DNA of 64,000 nucleotides from Nitrospirota bacterium (GCA_963790205.1 CAWBNQ010000003.1:448001-512000); one strand, 5' to 3'; shown: positions 7,900 to 18,077, counted from the first letter of the stretch. Translations and numbers: made by a program. Notes: generated from the sequence alone by a model not told the origin.

Positions 7900-8080
7900 C
7901 TCACGTCAACTTCTATCTTCGCACGGGTACCCCGGAGGCGGTAACGCCGTTTGTGCTGTCCATTATCGGCATGTTATTCATCATCGTGGCCGGGTGGCTC
8001 GGCGGGCAGAGGTGTATGTGCACGGACTGGCAGTGGATGAAACGGTGGCCTGTGCGCCGGGCGAAAGCGTCGGCGCCCAT
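7900..8080 (+). pseudogene. C-terminal remnant of a DUF2231-like membrane protein
   Basis: NFYLRTGTPEAVTPFVLSIIGMLFIIVAGWLGGQ, then a frameshift to VYVHGLAVDE; no N-terminal part. Confidence 0.5.
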
Positions 8081-8149
8081 GGAGGGGCTAAAGGCAATGA
8101 GCCGCAGCTAATTTGCCGCAAAAGTCATATCATCGGCGTAACGGCAGAG

Positions 8150-8188
8150 AAAGCCCGTTCCGGATCGGAGTTCCGGAACGGGCTTTTT
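8150..8188. terminator. Bidirectional intrinsic terminator
   Basis: AAAGCCCGTTCCGGA..TCCGGAACGGGCTTTTT. Confidence 0.8.
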
Positions 8189-8228
8189 GTTTCATTCGTA
8201 CCCGCCAAATTTTACTCTGAAGTCAGGA

Positions 8229-8717
8229 CTACTTCCCGCAGCATTTCTTGAATTTTTTGCCGCTTCCGCACGAGCAGGGGTCGTTCCGTCCGATCTTGGG
8301 AGCTGCATTCACGACCTGTTTCGGCGGCAGGTTCCTGCCGGTTACGAAGTACCAGGTGTCGCCTTCCTTCTTGAACGAGGACAGCTCGTGGTGCTCCGTT
8401 TTGACGTTGTTTTGCGAATACGTTGCAATAAATTCAACCTTGCCTTCACGGTCCTCCGCTCCGCCGCCTTTCGTTTCCACGATCTCGAAGGCATGCCACT
8501 GAGCGCTTTCCGCCCAGGCGCGGCTGCTTTTCTCGTCATAGTCCGCCCGGCTGTCAGGATGCAGCGAGGTGTAAATATACGCCATCTCTTTCTTCACGTA
8601 GGCGCTGTACCGGGAACGCATAAGCTGTTCCGCTGTCTTTGCCGGCTGCTCGCCCTTGATCAACGGGCGGCAGCAGGCGGCGTAGGCGACATTTGAACCG
8701 CAGGGGCATGGATCCAT
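8229..8717 (-). CDS. ychJ: YchJ family protein with SEC-C motifs
   Basis: [24 protein letters not shown]-terminal [18 protein letters not shown]. Confidence 0.9.
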   Translation of the reverse strand: MDPCPCGSNVAYAACCRPLIKGEQPAKTAEQLMRSRYSAYVKKEMAYIYTSLHPDSRADYDEKSSRAWAESAQWHAFEIVETKGGGAEDREGKVEFIATYSQNNVKTEHHELSSFKKEGDTWYFVTGRNLPPKQVVNAAPKIGRNDPCSCGSGKKFKKCCGK

Positions 8718-9067
8718 GTATGACTCCTTATGATCGTCTTCAGGATGATGCTGTTTGACCGTGCTTCAGCGGAGACCCGTTCAGGCCTCCCGCTCTCATG
8801 TGGCGTGGATTATCACGCAAGAGAGATTGTTAGTCAAGATGGAATTTTAAAGAAAAATGCGTGCGGCAAGGCGGTGCTTCATGACGTTCCCTTGCCACAT
8901 GATGCTGGAGTCATGCATGTCTTAGGGGGCCGTTGTTTCCCGCGTTGCACACTGGTGACCCGTAAAGCCGGACATCAGTAATTACACCGGTGAACGCCGT
9001 AAGGTAGAAAACAATGCTATACTATTTTCAGAATATATCATTCATTCTGGACAAGGAGGGAACTGAT

Positions 9068-9685
9068 ATGCCGGAGATAGGTCGCAGTCTGCGCGTAGGA
9101 GATAAGGTCCCGGATTTTGAGCTTGAGCTGTTCGATCCGGTCAAATGCGATTTCGGGAAGATCAGTCTGAAGAAGCTGAAGGCGGCAAAGAAATGGACGG
9201 TCCTGTTCTTCTATCCGGCCGACTTCACCTTTGTCTGAGCGACCGAGTTCGCCGCTCTGGCAGAGCGGTACGATCAGTTCCGGGAACTCGGAGCCGAGGT
9301 GGTCACCGTGAGCAGGGACACCAAGTTTGTGCATCTCGCCTGGCAGAGGGACGAAAAGGCCCTCGCGAACGTCAGATACCCCATGGCATCCGATGTCACC
9401 GGAGATGTAGCGCGTCTGTTCGGCGTACTTGATGAACAAGGCGGGCTCACGCTGCGCGGGACGTTCATCATAAGCCCTGAGGGGACCCTTCTGAACGCGG
9501 AGGTGAACTTCTTCAACCTGGGCAGGAACATCGATGAATTGCTCCGGAAGGTCCGTGCGAACAAACATCTCGCCGCTCACCCCTCGGAGGGGGTCCCGGC
9601 CCAGTGGAGGAAATCGGGAGACATCACGCTCAAACCCGGTCCGAAACTGGTCGGCAGGGTGGCCGACGCGATGAAGAAGAAATAA
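9068..9685 (+). CDS. AhpC-type peroxiredoxin, selenoprotein (in-frame UGA at 9236-9238)
   Basis: FFYPADFTFV-TGA-ATEF continues in frame to ..VHLAW..RGTFII..GRNIDELLR; UGA sits at the peroxidatic Cys position; AGGAGG RBS. Confidence 0.85.
9251..9269 (+). promoter_or_regulatory. Bacterial SECIS-like hairpin
   Basis: CCGCTCT-GGC-AGAGCGG stem-loop with G-starting loop 21 nt after the UGA. Confidence 0.65.
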
Positions 9686-10106
9686 GCGACACCCGCCAGT
9701 TGCGAGAAAAAATTTTTGAGAGGAACGGGAGCGGGCCGCGCTTGAGAATTGACGCTTTCGTTCGACCGGGGCGGTTCCGTCGACTCTCCTCAATTATCAA
9801 TCCCATCCAGCCACGTCAGCTCTTTCTCCCATGAAAGAATTCCCCGGCCGGGTGTCTGCCTCCGGCGTCGAAGGCCAGACAGGCCTTCGAGCCTTCGGAG
9901 GGGGAATCTCTTTGCCAGCGCCCTATCGCTCCCCGTCGTCCCTCTTGACCGGCAATTTTGCATTGATTATTAGCCCCGCGTTATGCTATATTCTCCGGTG
10001 CTTGAGGAGGATATCCCGTCTCTCAGGACTTCCTCAAGGAAATCCCCTCATGCCCGGCCGAGTGCACTATCTCGTCTGCGAACAAGAGTACCGGAGAACA
10101 AATCCT

Positions 10107-11453
10107 ATGCCCTATAATGCCTGGTTCCAATGCATCAACGAGCAGTGCAAAGCCCACTATCCGCTGAACAGGATCATCTACCGCTGCGAGACCTGCGGGT
10201 CGCTTTTGGAAGTGCAGCACGACATGAAGGCCCTGGCCCGCCGCGATGCCAAAGCGTGGATGAAGCTCTTCGAGGACCGCTATAAGTCCACCCAGTGGCC
10301 CTACGGCTCGGGCGTGTGGGGCAAGAAGGAGTGGCTCCTGCCGAAGATCGCCGACGAAAACATCGTCTCGCTCTATGAAGGAGGCTCGAACCTCTTCTGG
10401 GCAGAACGGTTCGGCAAGATGATCGGCTTGGACAACCTTTGGCTCAAGCTCTGCGGCAATTCCCACAGCGGGTCCTTCAAGGACCTCGGCATGACGGTGC
10501 TCGTTTCGATGGTCAAGCAGATGATCAGCGAGGGGGCCCCTATCCAGGCCGTGGCCTGCGCATCAACAGGCGACACCTCGGCGGCCCTGGCGGTCTACTG
10601 CGCCGCAGCCGGCATCCCCTCCATCGTGCTTCTGCCCAAGGGCAAGATATCCATCGCCCAGCTCGTCCAGCCCATCGCCAACGGCGCGCTGGTGCTTTCG
10701 CTCGACACGGACTTCGACGGCTGCATGCGTGTGGTTCAGGAGATCACCAAGGACGAGACCATCTATCTCGCAAACTCGATGAATTCGCTCAGGATCGAGG
10801 GGCAGAAGACCGTGGGCATCGAGATCGTCCAGCAGTTCGACTGGGAAATTCCCGATGTGATCATCATCCCCGGCGGGAACCTGGGGAACGTCTCTGCTCT
10901 CGGCAGCGGGCTTTTGATGATGCGTGACCTCGGGCTCATCGCAAAGCTTCCGCGGATCGTGGTGGCCCAGGCCGAGAACGCCAACCCGCTTTATCGCTCA
11001 TACCTCAAGAATTTCGAGACGTTCGAGCCCATGGAAGCCAAAAAAACGCTCGCCAGCGCCATCCAGATCGGCAATCCCGTCAGCTATCAGAAGGCGATCA
11101 GGACGCTCAAGCAGTTCGACGGCCTCGTCATGGACGCCACGGAGCAGGAACTGGCCGACGCGGCCGCGCTCGGCGACACCACAGGCATGTTCAACTGCCC
11201 GCACACGGGCGTGGCCCTGGCCGCGCTGATCAAGTTGATCAAGGCCGGCAAGATCGACCGCTCCGAGCACGTGGTGGTCATCTCCACGGCCCACGGGCTC
11301 AAGTTCACCGACTTCAAGGTGAACTATCACGAGGAAAAGCTCGGCTTCCCCTGCACCTACGCCAATAAGCCGATCGAGCTTCCCCCGACCGTTGACGCGG
11401 TCAAAGAGGCGCTCAAGTACGCTTTAAAGAAGAGGAGAGAAAAGAATGTCTAA
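10107..11453 (+). CDS. thrC: Threonine synthase (plant-like subfamily)
   Basis: [29 protein letters not shown] (PLP Lys), [18 protein letters not shown]. Confidence 0.9.
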   Translation: MPYNAWFQCINEQCKAHYPLNRIIYRCETCGSLLEVQHDMKALARRDAKAWMKLFEDRYKSTQWPYGSGVWGKKEWLLPKIADENIVSLYEGGSNLFWAERFGKMIGLDNLWLKLCGNSHSGSFKDLGMTVLVSMVKQMISEGAPIQAVACASTGDTSAALAVYCAAAGIPSIVLLPKGKISIAQLVQPIANGALVLSLDTDFDGCMRVVQEITKDETIYLANSMNSLRIEGQKTVGIEIVQQFDWEIPDVIIIPGGNLGNVSALGSGLLMMRDLGLIAKLPRIVVAQAENANPLYRSYLKNFETFEPMEAKKTLASAIQIGNPVSYQKAIRTLKQFDGLVMDATEQELADAAALGDTTGMFNCPHTGVALAALIKLIKAGKIDRSEHVVVISTAHGLKFTDFKVNYHEEKLGFPCTYANKPIELPPTVDAVKEALKYALKKRREKNV

Positions 11454-12654
11454 AGAGAATTCGAATGCAAAGAACTGGAAACCCGCCACGCTCGCGATCC
11501 ACGGCATGGGCCGTCTCCCCAAGGCCCACCATGCTGTTTCCACGCCGATCATGCATACCTCCAATTACTACTTCGACACGGCCGACGAGGTCGAGGATTT
11601 CATGCGTGCCAAGGGCCAGGGCAGGGTGATCCGGGAGCACGAATACGCCCGCTACGGCAACCCGACCCAGCAGGAGACGGAGCGTAAGCTGGCCGCCCTC
11701 GAAGGGGCCGAGAAAGCGGTGCTTTACTCTTCGGGCATGGCCGCAGTGCTGCTCACGATCATGACCTTCATGAAACCCAAGGGGCACATCATTTTCACCG
11801 GCGACTGTTATCGCCAGACGCGGGACTTCGCCACGAACTTCCTCGGGAAGTTCGGCATTGAGTACTCCATCGTGGACCCCACGGCCGGGGCCATCGAGAA
11901 GGCCATAAAGCCGAACACGAACATCCTCTTTACCGAGTCGCCCACGAACCCTTATCTGCGGTGCCTCGACATCCCGGCCATCGTGAAGGTTGCCAAAGAA
12001 CGCAAGATCATGACCATTATCGACGCCACGCTGGCCACGCCCTATAACATCAAGCCCCTCGAACTGGGCGTGGACGTGGTCCTTCACTCGGCAACCAAGT
12101 ACATGGGCGGGCACAACGACCTCATGGCAGGCGTGGCCCTGGGCTCCGCGGCCCTGATGACCGATTGCTACAAGATGCAGCGCATGATGGGCGCGACTCC
12201 CGGACCGCTCACGTGCTTCCTGCTCGAACGGGGCTTGAAAACCTTCGGTATGCGCATGGAGCACCACAATAAGGCCGGCCTCGCCGTGGCCCGGATGCTG
12301 GAAGCGCATCCGAAGATCGAGAAGGTCTGGTACCCGGCCCTCAAATCGCACCCGGACCACACGATCGGCATGGCGCAGATGAAGGGTTTCGGCAGCGTCA
12401 TCAGCTTCCTGGTCAAGGGAGGGAACAAGGAGACGAGGAAGTTCATCGACGCACTTGAGCTTTTCCTGATCACACCGAGCCTCGGCGGCAGCGAGAGCCT
12501 GGTCACGCAGATGTGGGCCATGTCCTTTTTCGACTACCCCGAACAGTTCCGCAAGGACATCGGCATGGTGGACAACCTCGTCCGGCTCGCGCTCGGCCTG
12601 GAAGACGTGGACGACCTGATCGCCGATCTGAAACAGGCGTTGGATACGATCTGA
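11446..12654 (+). CDS. metB: Cys/Met metabolism PLP enzyme, cystathionine gamma-synthase-like
   Basis: [42 protein letters not shown]; overlaps the thrC stop. Confidence 0.75.
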   Translation: MSKENSNAKNWKPATLAIHGMGRLPKAHHAVSTPIMHTSNYYFDTADEVEDFMRAKGQGRVIREHEYARYGNPTQQETERKLAALEGAEKAVLYSSGMAAVLLTIMTFMKPKGHIIFTGDCYRQTRDFATNFLGKFGIEYSIVDPTAGAIEKAIKPNTNILFTESPTNPYLRCLDIPAIVKVAKERKIMTIIDATLATPYNIKPLELGVDVVLHSATKYMGGHNDLMAGVALGSAALMTDCYKMQRMMGATPGPLTCFLLERGLKTFGMRMEHHNKAGLAVARMLEAHPKIEKVWYPALKSHPDHTIGMAQMKGFGSVISFLVKGGNKETRKFIDALELFLITPSLGGSESLVTQMWAMSFFDYPEQFRKDIGMVDNLVRLALGLEDVDDLIADLKQALDTI

Positions 12655-12666
12655 TTTCGTTTATTG

Positions 12667-12700
12667 AAAAAAAGGGGCCCGGAATTTCCGGGCCCCTTTT
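12667..12700. terminator. Bidirectional terminator
   Basis: A-run GGGGCCCGGAA-T-TTCCGGGCCCC T-run between convergent genes. Confidence 0.85.
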
Positions 12701-12781
12701 CTGTTATCAACGACCTCTTATCCTTGATCACGCAGACTTCATGCGTTTCCCCCTTGTTCCCGGTCGTCGGCGCGGCCCCTC

Positions 12782-13834
12782 CTATTTTTTATAATCGCCG
12801 TACAGTTCTTTCATGCAATCGGGGCAGATCCCATGGGTGAATTCCGCCTCTGAATGGTCGCAAATATATTCCTCGATCCGCTGCCAGTAGCCGCTGTCAT
12901 TGCGGATTTTTTTACAGGACGAGCAAATGGGCAGCATGCCGCTCAGGGTCTTTATTTTCGCAAGCGCCTCTCTGAGATCGAGGATCAAGCGCTCCCGCTC
13001 TTCTTCCGACCGCTTGCGTTCGGTGATGTCAAGGATCATGCCTGAGAGCGTTTCTCCTTCGAGCACCGCGTTCAGGATCGCTCGGATCGTTTCTCCGTTC
13101 TTCCTGAGGAGGTCAAATTCGAAGTTGCTGACCTTTCCCGTTTCACGGAGGGTCTTCAGGAGGATGTCTCGGTCGCGCCCGCGTTTGTACGTCTTCAGGA
13201 CGCCTTCCTTCATCATATCCGCCGGCGAGTCATATCCCGCCATTCGGGCGAGTGCCTCGTTCACGAAGAGAATTTTTCCATTGATGTTTGTTGTATAAAT
13301 TCCAACCGGGGAATTGTCCACGAGGTCCCGGTATTGCTTCTCAGACTCCTTGAGTTCCTCCTCCGTTTGTTTGCGCTTGGTAATGTCGCGGGCGATCACG
13401 GACACGGCCGTAACGACGCCGTCTTTTATCACGGGCGCCACGCGGGTCGAGTACCAGGCCAGGGTGTTGTGCGGGCCGCGCGCCCATATTTCATAGTGGT
13501 CCGGTTTGCCGGTGCTGAAAACGCCGGCAACGGCGGCTTTTACCCTGTCCCAGTGTTCCGGCTCGATGAAGTTGTAGACGCTTTTCCCGATTACCTCCCG
13601 GACTGTCAGCCCGGGAGGCGTGTGGTTCATGAATAATACTGTTCCTTCCCGGTCGACGGTCAATATGAGGTCGGCCGCATTCTCGACTAGGGAGCGCCAC
13701 CGCGCCTCCGAGTCTCGCAGCCGGATGCTCAAGTGCTTGCGCTCGACATCCGACTTTTCCAGATCAGTTAACCGCTTGCGCAGATCCTTCAGCTCGCGGA
13801 GAAGTTGTTCCTTTGTTTTTTTGTCTTCATTCAT
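12782..13834 (-). CDS. Two-PAS-domain protein with C-terminal Cys-rich domain
   Basis: Two PAS/PAC repeats (RDITKRK, DITERK); tail LPICSSCKKIR..THGICPDC. Confidence 0.85.
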   Translation of the reverse strand: MNEDKKTKEQLLRELKDLRKRLTDLEKSDVERKHLSIRLRDSEARWRSLVENAADLILTVDREGTVLFMNHTPPGLTVREVIGKSVYNFIEPEHWDRVKAAVAGVFSTGKPDHYEIWARGPHNTLAWYSTRVAPVIKDGVVTAVSVIARDITKRKQTEEELKESEKQYRDLVDNSPVGIYTTNINGKILFVNEALARMAGYDSPADMMKEGVLKTYKRGRDRDILLKTLRETGKVSNFEFDLLRKNGETIRAILNAVLEGETLSGMILDITERKRSEEERERLILDLREALAKIKTLSGMLPICSSCKKIRNDSGYWQRIEEYICDHSEAEFTHGICPDCMKELYGDYKK

Positions 13835-14018
13835 GCTCGTCTCTTTCACGACTAAGTGAAACACAAAATAGCGCTGCTACGAAGGTATTATTCACACGAA
13901 TAGGCGAAAACCACTTTCTTTTTTAAAGATACTACGCGTTGTTGCGAATGACAATAAAATATAGCGTAAGTTCAGGCGGTAGGGCAAGGAAGACAGAGAG
14001 GTGCAAAAGGGCAGGTGC

Positions 14019-14477
14019 TTACACCGCTATCTTGACCACGATCTTCATGACCGGAGACGGCGCGCCGCATGCCAGTTTGGGGGCATGGCTGTCTTCGGGC
14101 CAAAGCACTGCCAGTTGTCCCGCGTGCAGGCGCACCGGCGTCCATTTTCCCGAAGCAACCTTTCCGAAGCAGATGTCCTTGTCCGCGTTGTAAGCTTCGG
14201 TAATCGTCATGCTCTCCACGGACGCCCAGCCGATGGTCTCCTCGCCGGACACGATAAACTGGACGTCGATGTACTTCCGGTGAAATTCGAACTTCGGCGC
14301 GTCGGTTTTTATCGTTTCATATTGCTGGATAATGGCGTACACCCGGTCTCCGTCGATCTCAACTCTGCCGTCAACCAGGTCATGAATGTCCTGTTTGCGA
14401 AGAAAGGCAATCGTTTTTGTTAGAGACGATGTCATCGGGACCTCGTGCTCGATGTGCTTGAGGTCGGTTACGATCAT
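14019..14477 (-). CDS. YhcH/YjgK/YiaL family protein
   Basis: EFHRKYIDVQFIVSGEE, YNADKDI, PEDSHAP, KIVVKI; AGGAG RBS. Confidence 0.85.
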   Translation of the reverse strand: MIVTDLKHIEHEVPMTSSLTKTIAFLRKQDIHDLVDGRVEIDGDRVYAIIQQYETIKTDAPKFEFHRKYIDVQFIVSGEETIGWASVESMTITEAYNADKDICFGKVASGKWTPVRLHAGQLAVLWPEDSHAPKLACGAPSPVMKIVVKIAV

Positions 14478-14695
14478 GGTCAATCTCCTTACTACGAAAG
14501 GTAGAACCGAAGTTTTGGAACCGCGATGGCGTAGCCTGCTGTTGCCATAACGCGGCCATAAACGAAGGGCGCGAAGGTCTTCAGGATACCAGATTGACGG
14601 GCCGGCGTCAAATGTTACAGCGCATCGCATTGACAGTCATGCGGATCGGCGTTATAAATAAAAAGGAAAGCCGCACGAAAGCGGCGGAGGAAACG

Positions 14696-15112
14696 ATGCA
14701 GGGGAGCAAAGCAGAGGACAAAAGAAGGGCAACGCTCATCTACGACGGGACCTGCCCGATCTGTTCCGGGACCGTGGCGTGGATAAAGAAGAACGAGCGG
14801 GAAGACGCGTTCGAAATGGTGCCGTGCCAGTCGGATTCCCCGGGCAGGCGATACCCGGACATCGATTTCGACGAATGCATGCGGGCGATGCACCTGGTGC
14901 TGCCCGATGGCCGTGTTCTCGCCGGCGAGCAGGCCCTGCCCGAGATATTCACGAGACTGCGGCGGTACCGCGCCGTGGCCCTGGCGTTCAAGCTGCCCGG
15001 CGCGGAGACGCTAGTGCGCATTCTGTACCGATGGTTCGCGCTCCAGCGGTACGCGATCGCCCGGCTCTTCTTCCCGAGCAGCATCGCCGGAAAACGTGCG
15101 CACCATAAATGA
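14696..15112 (+). CDS. DCC1-like (DUF393) thiol-disulfide oxidoreductase
   Basis: LIYDGTCPIC, LYRWFALQRY; GGAGG RBS. Confidence 0.8.
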   Translation: MQGSKAEDKRRATLIYDGTCPICSGTVAWIKKNEREDAFEMVPCQSDSPGRRYPDIDFDECMRAMHLVLPDGRVLAGEQALPEIFTRLRRYRAVALAFKLPGAETLVRILYRWFALQRYAIARLFFPSSIAGKRAHHK

Positions 15113-15181
15113 CGTGAGCGGTGTATCTGCGGAAGAGGAACAGCAGACGACACAATTCTCATCTCCGATCGCCGCTGTCCG

Positions 15182-15484
15182 CTACCTCAATCGCGCGCCG
15201 CACTTTTTACATATGCGTCTGTTTATGTCGTTGCCCAGATATCTAGTACAGGAAGGGCATCTCCAGTTAAAGCCGGTAAAACCGATAAACGCCGCAATGA
15301 TCGCAACCTGTGTTCCAAAGAGCGTACTCTTGGAGAATTCCCCGAACAGGTCGGGGCGTCTATAGATCACGGCGGAAAGCAAGACGAGAAACAGCGCTGC
15401 CGCTATGGCGATGAACTGACGATTCTGACGTAATCTGAAATCCTGCATGGTCCGGTTCCGGTCTTTTTTTTCCATCCTCATCAT
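15182..15484 (-). CDS. Small membrane protein with C-terminal zinc-ribbon
   Basis: Two hydrophobic segments then WRCPSC..CKKCG; start uncertain. Confidence 0.65.
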   Translation of the reverse strand: MMRMEKKDRNRTMQDFRLRQNRQFIAIAAALFLVLLSAVIYRRPDLFGEFSKSTLFGTQVAIIAAFIGFTGFNWRCPSCTRYLGNDINRRICKKCGARLR

Positions 15485-15713
15485 TTCCTTATGCCTTAAA
15501 AATAAGAATACCCTTGTCAGGTCGCTATTATACCAACATGAATTCACCTTTTCAACATCGTTTCCTCAGGAAGTGAAATCAAATCCGTCAAACGTTGTCA
15601 GGCCAAATTTATTTGTCAACCCAATTCTGAATTATATCAATTTCCCTCCGATCCCTTCAAACCATTTTGTCATGCGATATACTCTAGGTACTATACGGAA
15701 CAAGGAGGAAGGA

Positions 15714-16289
15714 ATGGGCAAAATAACCGTAGAAAAGAAATCGTTCTGTCTGCCCTGGACGCAGACGCTCCTGGGCACCCACGTGCAGGGCAGGGTCAAC
15801 TTCATGGCCCTCGACTGGCTTACCCGGGCGAACTACGAGCCTGCCATGCTCGGCATCTGCGTCGGCCGCGGACATGCCAGCAACCGGGCCGTCAGGGAAA
15901 CCGGGCAGTTCAGCATCAACGTGCCGACGGTGGACATGATCGAGATCGTAGATTACTGCGGCATTGCCTCGGCCAATCGGGACGACAAGTCAAAATTATT
16001 TGATGTTTTTTACGGTGAGCTCGAGGCAGCGCCTCTGATCGCGGCGTGCCCGCTGAACATCGAATGCAAACTCGTCCAGACCGTGGACCTGCCGTCCAAT
16101 ACCTTCTTCATCGCCGAGATCGTCACCATCTTCTCCGAGGAGCAATACCTCTCAGCGGGCAAACCCGACGTGAAGAAGATCAGACCCTTCCTCCTTACCA
16201 TGCCCGATAATCGCTTCTGGTCCGTGGGGGAGCACGTGGGGAACGCCTGGAAGGACGGCGCAAAATACCGGGAGAAGCTCAAAAAATAA
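15714..16289 (+). CDS. Flavin reductase-like (flavoredoxin) protein
   Basis: FSINVPT..DYCGIAS..DKS, APLIAACPLNIEC; AGGAGG RBS. Confidence 0.85.
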   Translation: MGKITVEKKSFCLPWTQTLLGTHVQGRVNFMALDWLTRANYEPAMLGICVGRGHASNRAVRETGQFSINVPTVDMIEIVDYCGIASANRDDKSKLFDVFYGELEAAPLIAACPLNIECKLVQTVDLPSNTFFIAEIVTIFSEEQYLSAGKPDVKKIRPFLLTMPDNRFWSVGEHVGNAWKDGAKYREKLKK

Positions 16290-16335
16290 GGAGAACGGCT
16301 AAAGAGACCGGAACAAGGAGGTATTATGGTCAGTT

Positions 16336-16767
16336 ATGATAGAGAAGGACCGCGTGATCGATATTGTGAACCGGCTTTTCATTAATACCGACAACAGGGA
16401 CTGGCCCGCCGTCAAGACCCTGTTCGCGCCCCGCGTCCTCTTTGACATGACGTCCCTCGTCGGGGGCCAGCCCGCGTCCGTAAGGCCGCAGGAAATCGTC
16501 GATGGGTGGGACAAGGGGCTCAAAGCGCTGAAGGCAATACACCACCAGACAGGCAACCACATCGCGAACATCGAGGACAACGAGGCCACGGTGTTCTGTT
16601 ACGGGGTGGCATGGCATTACCTGCCGAACAAGACCAACCAGAACACGAGGACCTTCGTCGGGAGCTATGATATTCATCTAGTCAAACAGGACGAAGACTG
16701 GAAGATAGACCGATTCAAGTACAACCTGAAATTCATCGACGGCAATACTGATCTGGAAAACAGCTAG
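16336..16767 (+). CDS. NTF2/SnoaL-like protein
   Basis: DNRDW..LF, HHQTGNH, GSYDIHLVK..WKI. Confidence 0.8.
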   Translation: MIEKDRVIDIVNRLFINTDNRDWPAVKTLFAPRVLFDMTSLVGGQPASVRPQEIVDGWDKGLKALKAIHHQTGNHIANIEDNEATVFCYGVAWHYLPNKTNQNTRTFVGSYDIHLVKQDEDWKIDRFKYNLKFIDGNTDLENS

Positions 16768-16800
16768 GGGGCGTTTGGGCCGCGCTTCGATCAAGCGCCC

Positions 16801-16822
16801 CATTCCCGCGAAAGTGGGAATC
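16801..16822. repeat. REP-like palindrome
   Basis: ATTCCCGCGAAAGTGGGAAT hairpin with GAAA loop. Confidence 0.55.
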
Positions 16823-16884
16823 AAGTTCTTACCAGCACGTTTTCACGTTTACATCCTAAACTTATTAAGATTTCCATTCTCTGA

Positions 16885-17073
16885 ACTCCAGCACTACTTC
16901 CTGAAGTTGTGGAGTTCCCGGCCTCAGCAACAATCAATAGTATGTTCAGCAGTATATATCTTCTGTACCCTACTAAGCTTGAGTGTCAGTGGTTTGCAGG
17001 AGATAAACTTCAGTTCGGAAGATTTCATCCTGATTCTGTTAAGCTGGAAGATGAAACTGAAGAAGGAAATTAA
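16885..17073 (+). pseudogene. AT-rich 3' remnant of a YodC/DUF2158-like gene
   Basis: Frame reads ..LECQWFAGDKLQFGRFHPDSVKLEDETEEGN*; N-terminus missing. Confidence 0.45.
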
Positions 17074-17124
17074 GTTCGGCGACATTGGTGTCGAGATACC
17101 CACAAGCATTATTTGTCATGCTAA

Positions 17125-17181
17125 TTCCAACCAGGCGCTCGACTGCGACGCGCCTTGTGGGGCGTCAGCGCCGCATTCTCC
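17125..17181 (+). mobile_element. Degenerate integron attC-like site
   Basis: TTCCAAC..GCGCTCGAC / GTCAGCGC pairing with one extrahelical base; right core degenerate. Confidence 0.5.
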
Positions 17182-17303
17182 CGACGCTTCGCGCCGCGAG
17201 AATGCGGCAGAGAGCCGTGTAATCCTAACCCGGCGCAAAAAAGCGCGACGGGAGAACCAGAGCCCGAGACCAATCCCCCTTCTTCATCTCTCTCTAAGAT
17301 TGC

Positions 17304-17332
17304 TTGACAGCGGTTATCAAATTTGCTAACAT
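17304..17332 (+). promoter_or_regulatory. TA operon sigma70 promoter with palindromic operator
   Basis: TTGACA-N17-TAACAT; GTTAtCAAA-TTTGcTAAC palindrome at 17313-17330. Confidence 0.7.
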
Positions 17333-17339
17333 GTCGAAT

Positions 17340-17666
17340 ATGAAATATGCCATCGAGTACTTTCACGCACGCGTCAAGGACGAGGTTGAAAGCTGGCCCG
17401 ATGGCATATTGGCGGATTATGCGCGGCTGGTAGAACTCCTGATAGAGTTCGGACCGAGTCTGCGTATGCCTCATTCGCGGGCTATGGGCGACGGCCTATT
17501 TGAGTTGCGACCTCGCGGGCGGGAAGGCATCGGTCGCGCCTTATACTGTCATTTCGACGGCCGACGGATTGTGATGTTGCATGCGTTTATAAAGAAAACC
17601 CAGGAAACCCCGGAAAAAGAATTGCGTCTTGCCCGGAAAAGAATGAAGGAGATTAAAAATGGCTGA
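17340..17666 (+). CDS. RelE/HigB-like (Gp49/DUF891) toxin
   Basis: MPHSRAMGDGLFELR..GRALY..LHAFIKKTQETP; upstream of an HTH gene. Confidence 0.85.
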   Translation: MKYAIEYFHARVKDEVESWPDGILADYARLVELLIEFGPSLRMPHSRAMGDGLFELRPRGREGIGRALYCHFDGRRIVMLHAFIKKTQETPEKELRLARKRMKEIKNG

Positions 17667-18018
17667 TATAAAATACAAACCCGTTATCCATGATCATGAG
17701 GCTTTCCTTAAGAAGGCCGCGAAACGAAAGGGTTTCAAGAAAACATACGAGGCGCTTGAAGAAGAATACCGGCTTACGCGCGAGATGCTTGCTGCTCGTT
17801 CAAAATACGGGCTCACCCAGGAAGCGGTTGCAGAACGAATGGGAACAACGAAAAGTGCGGTGTCGCGCCTGGAAGCTGCGGGTAAGCACGCGCCGTCTTT
17901 GTCTACGCTCAAGAAGTACGCACGCGCCGTCGGTTGTCACTTGGAGATCAAGCTCGTACCCGCCACTCGCTTAACCAAGCGCTCGACACGGACCACCAAG
18001 AAGCAGGCGGCCGGTTAG
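17659..18018 (+). CDS. HTH (Xre) antitoxin, HigA-like
   Basis: GLTQEAVAERMGTTKSAVSRLE..PSLSTLKKYA; AAGGAG RBS; overlaps the toxin. Confidence 0.85.
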   Translation: MADIKYKPVIHDHEAFLKKAAKRKGFKKTYEALEEEYRLTREMLAARSKYGLTQEAVAERMGTTKSAVSRLEAAGKHAPSLSTLKKYARAVGCHLEIKLVPATRLTKRSTRTTKKQAAG

Positions 18019-18031
18019 CTTTGCGTTGACT
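17969..18031 (+). mobile_element. Integron attC-like site
   Basis: GCTTAAC (RYYYAAC)..GCTCGAC / GTTAGC..GTTGACT; overlaps the antitoxin 3' end. Confidence 0.65.
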
Positions 18032-18077
18032 GGGCGCGGCCGAAACGGTGATAAATTTTATTGACTATTAAAATGAA

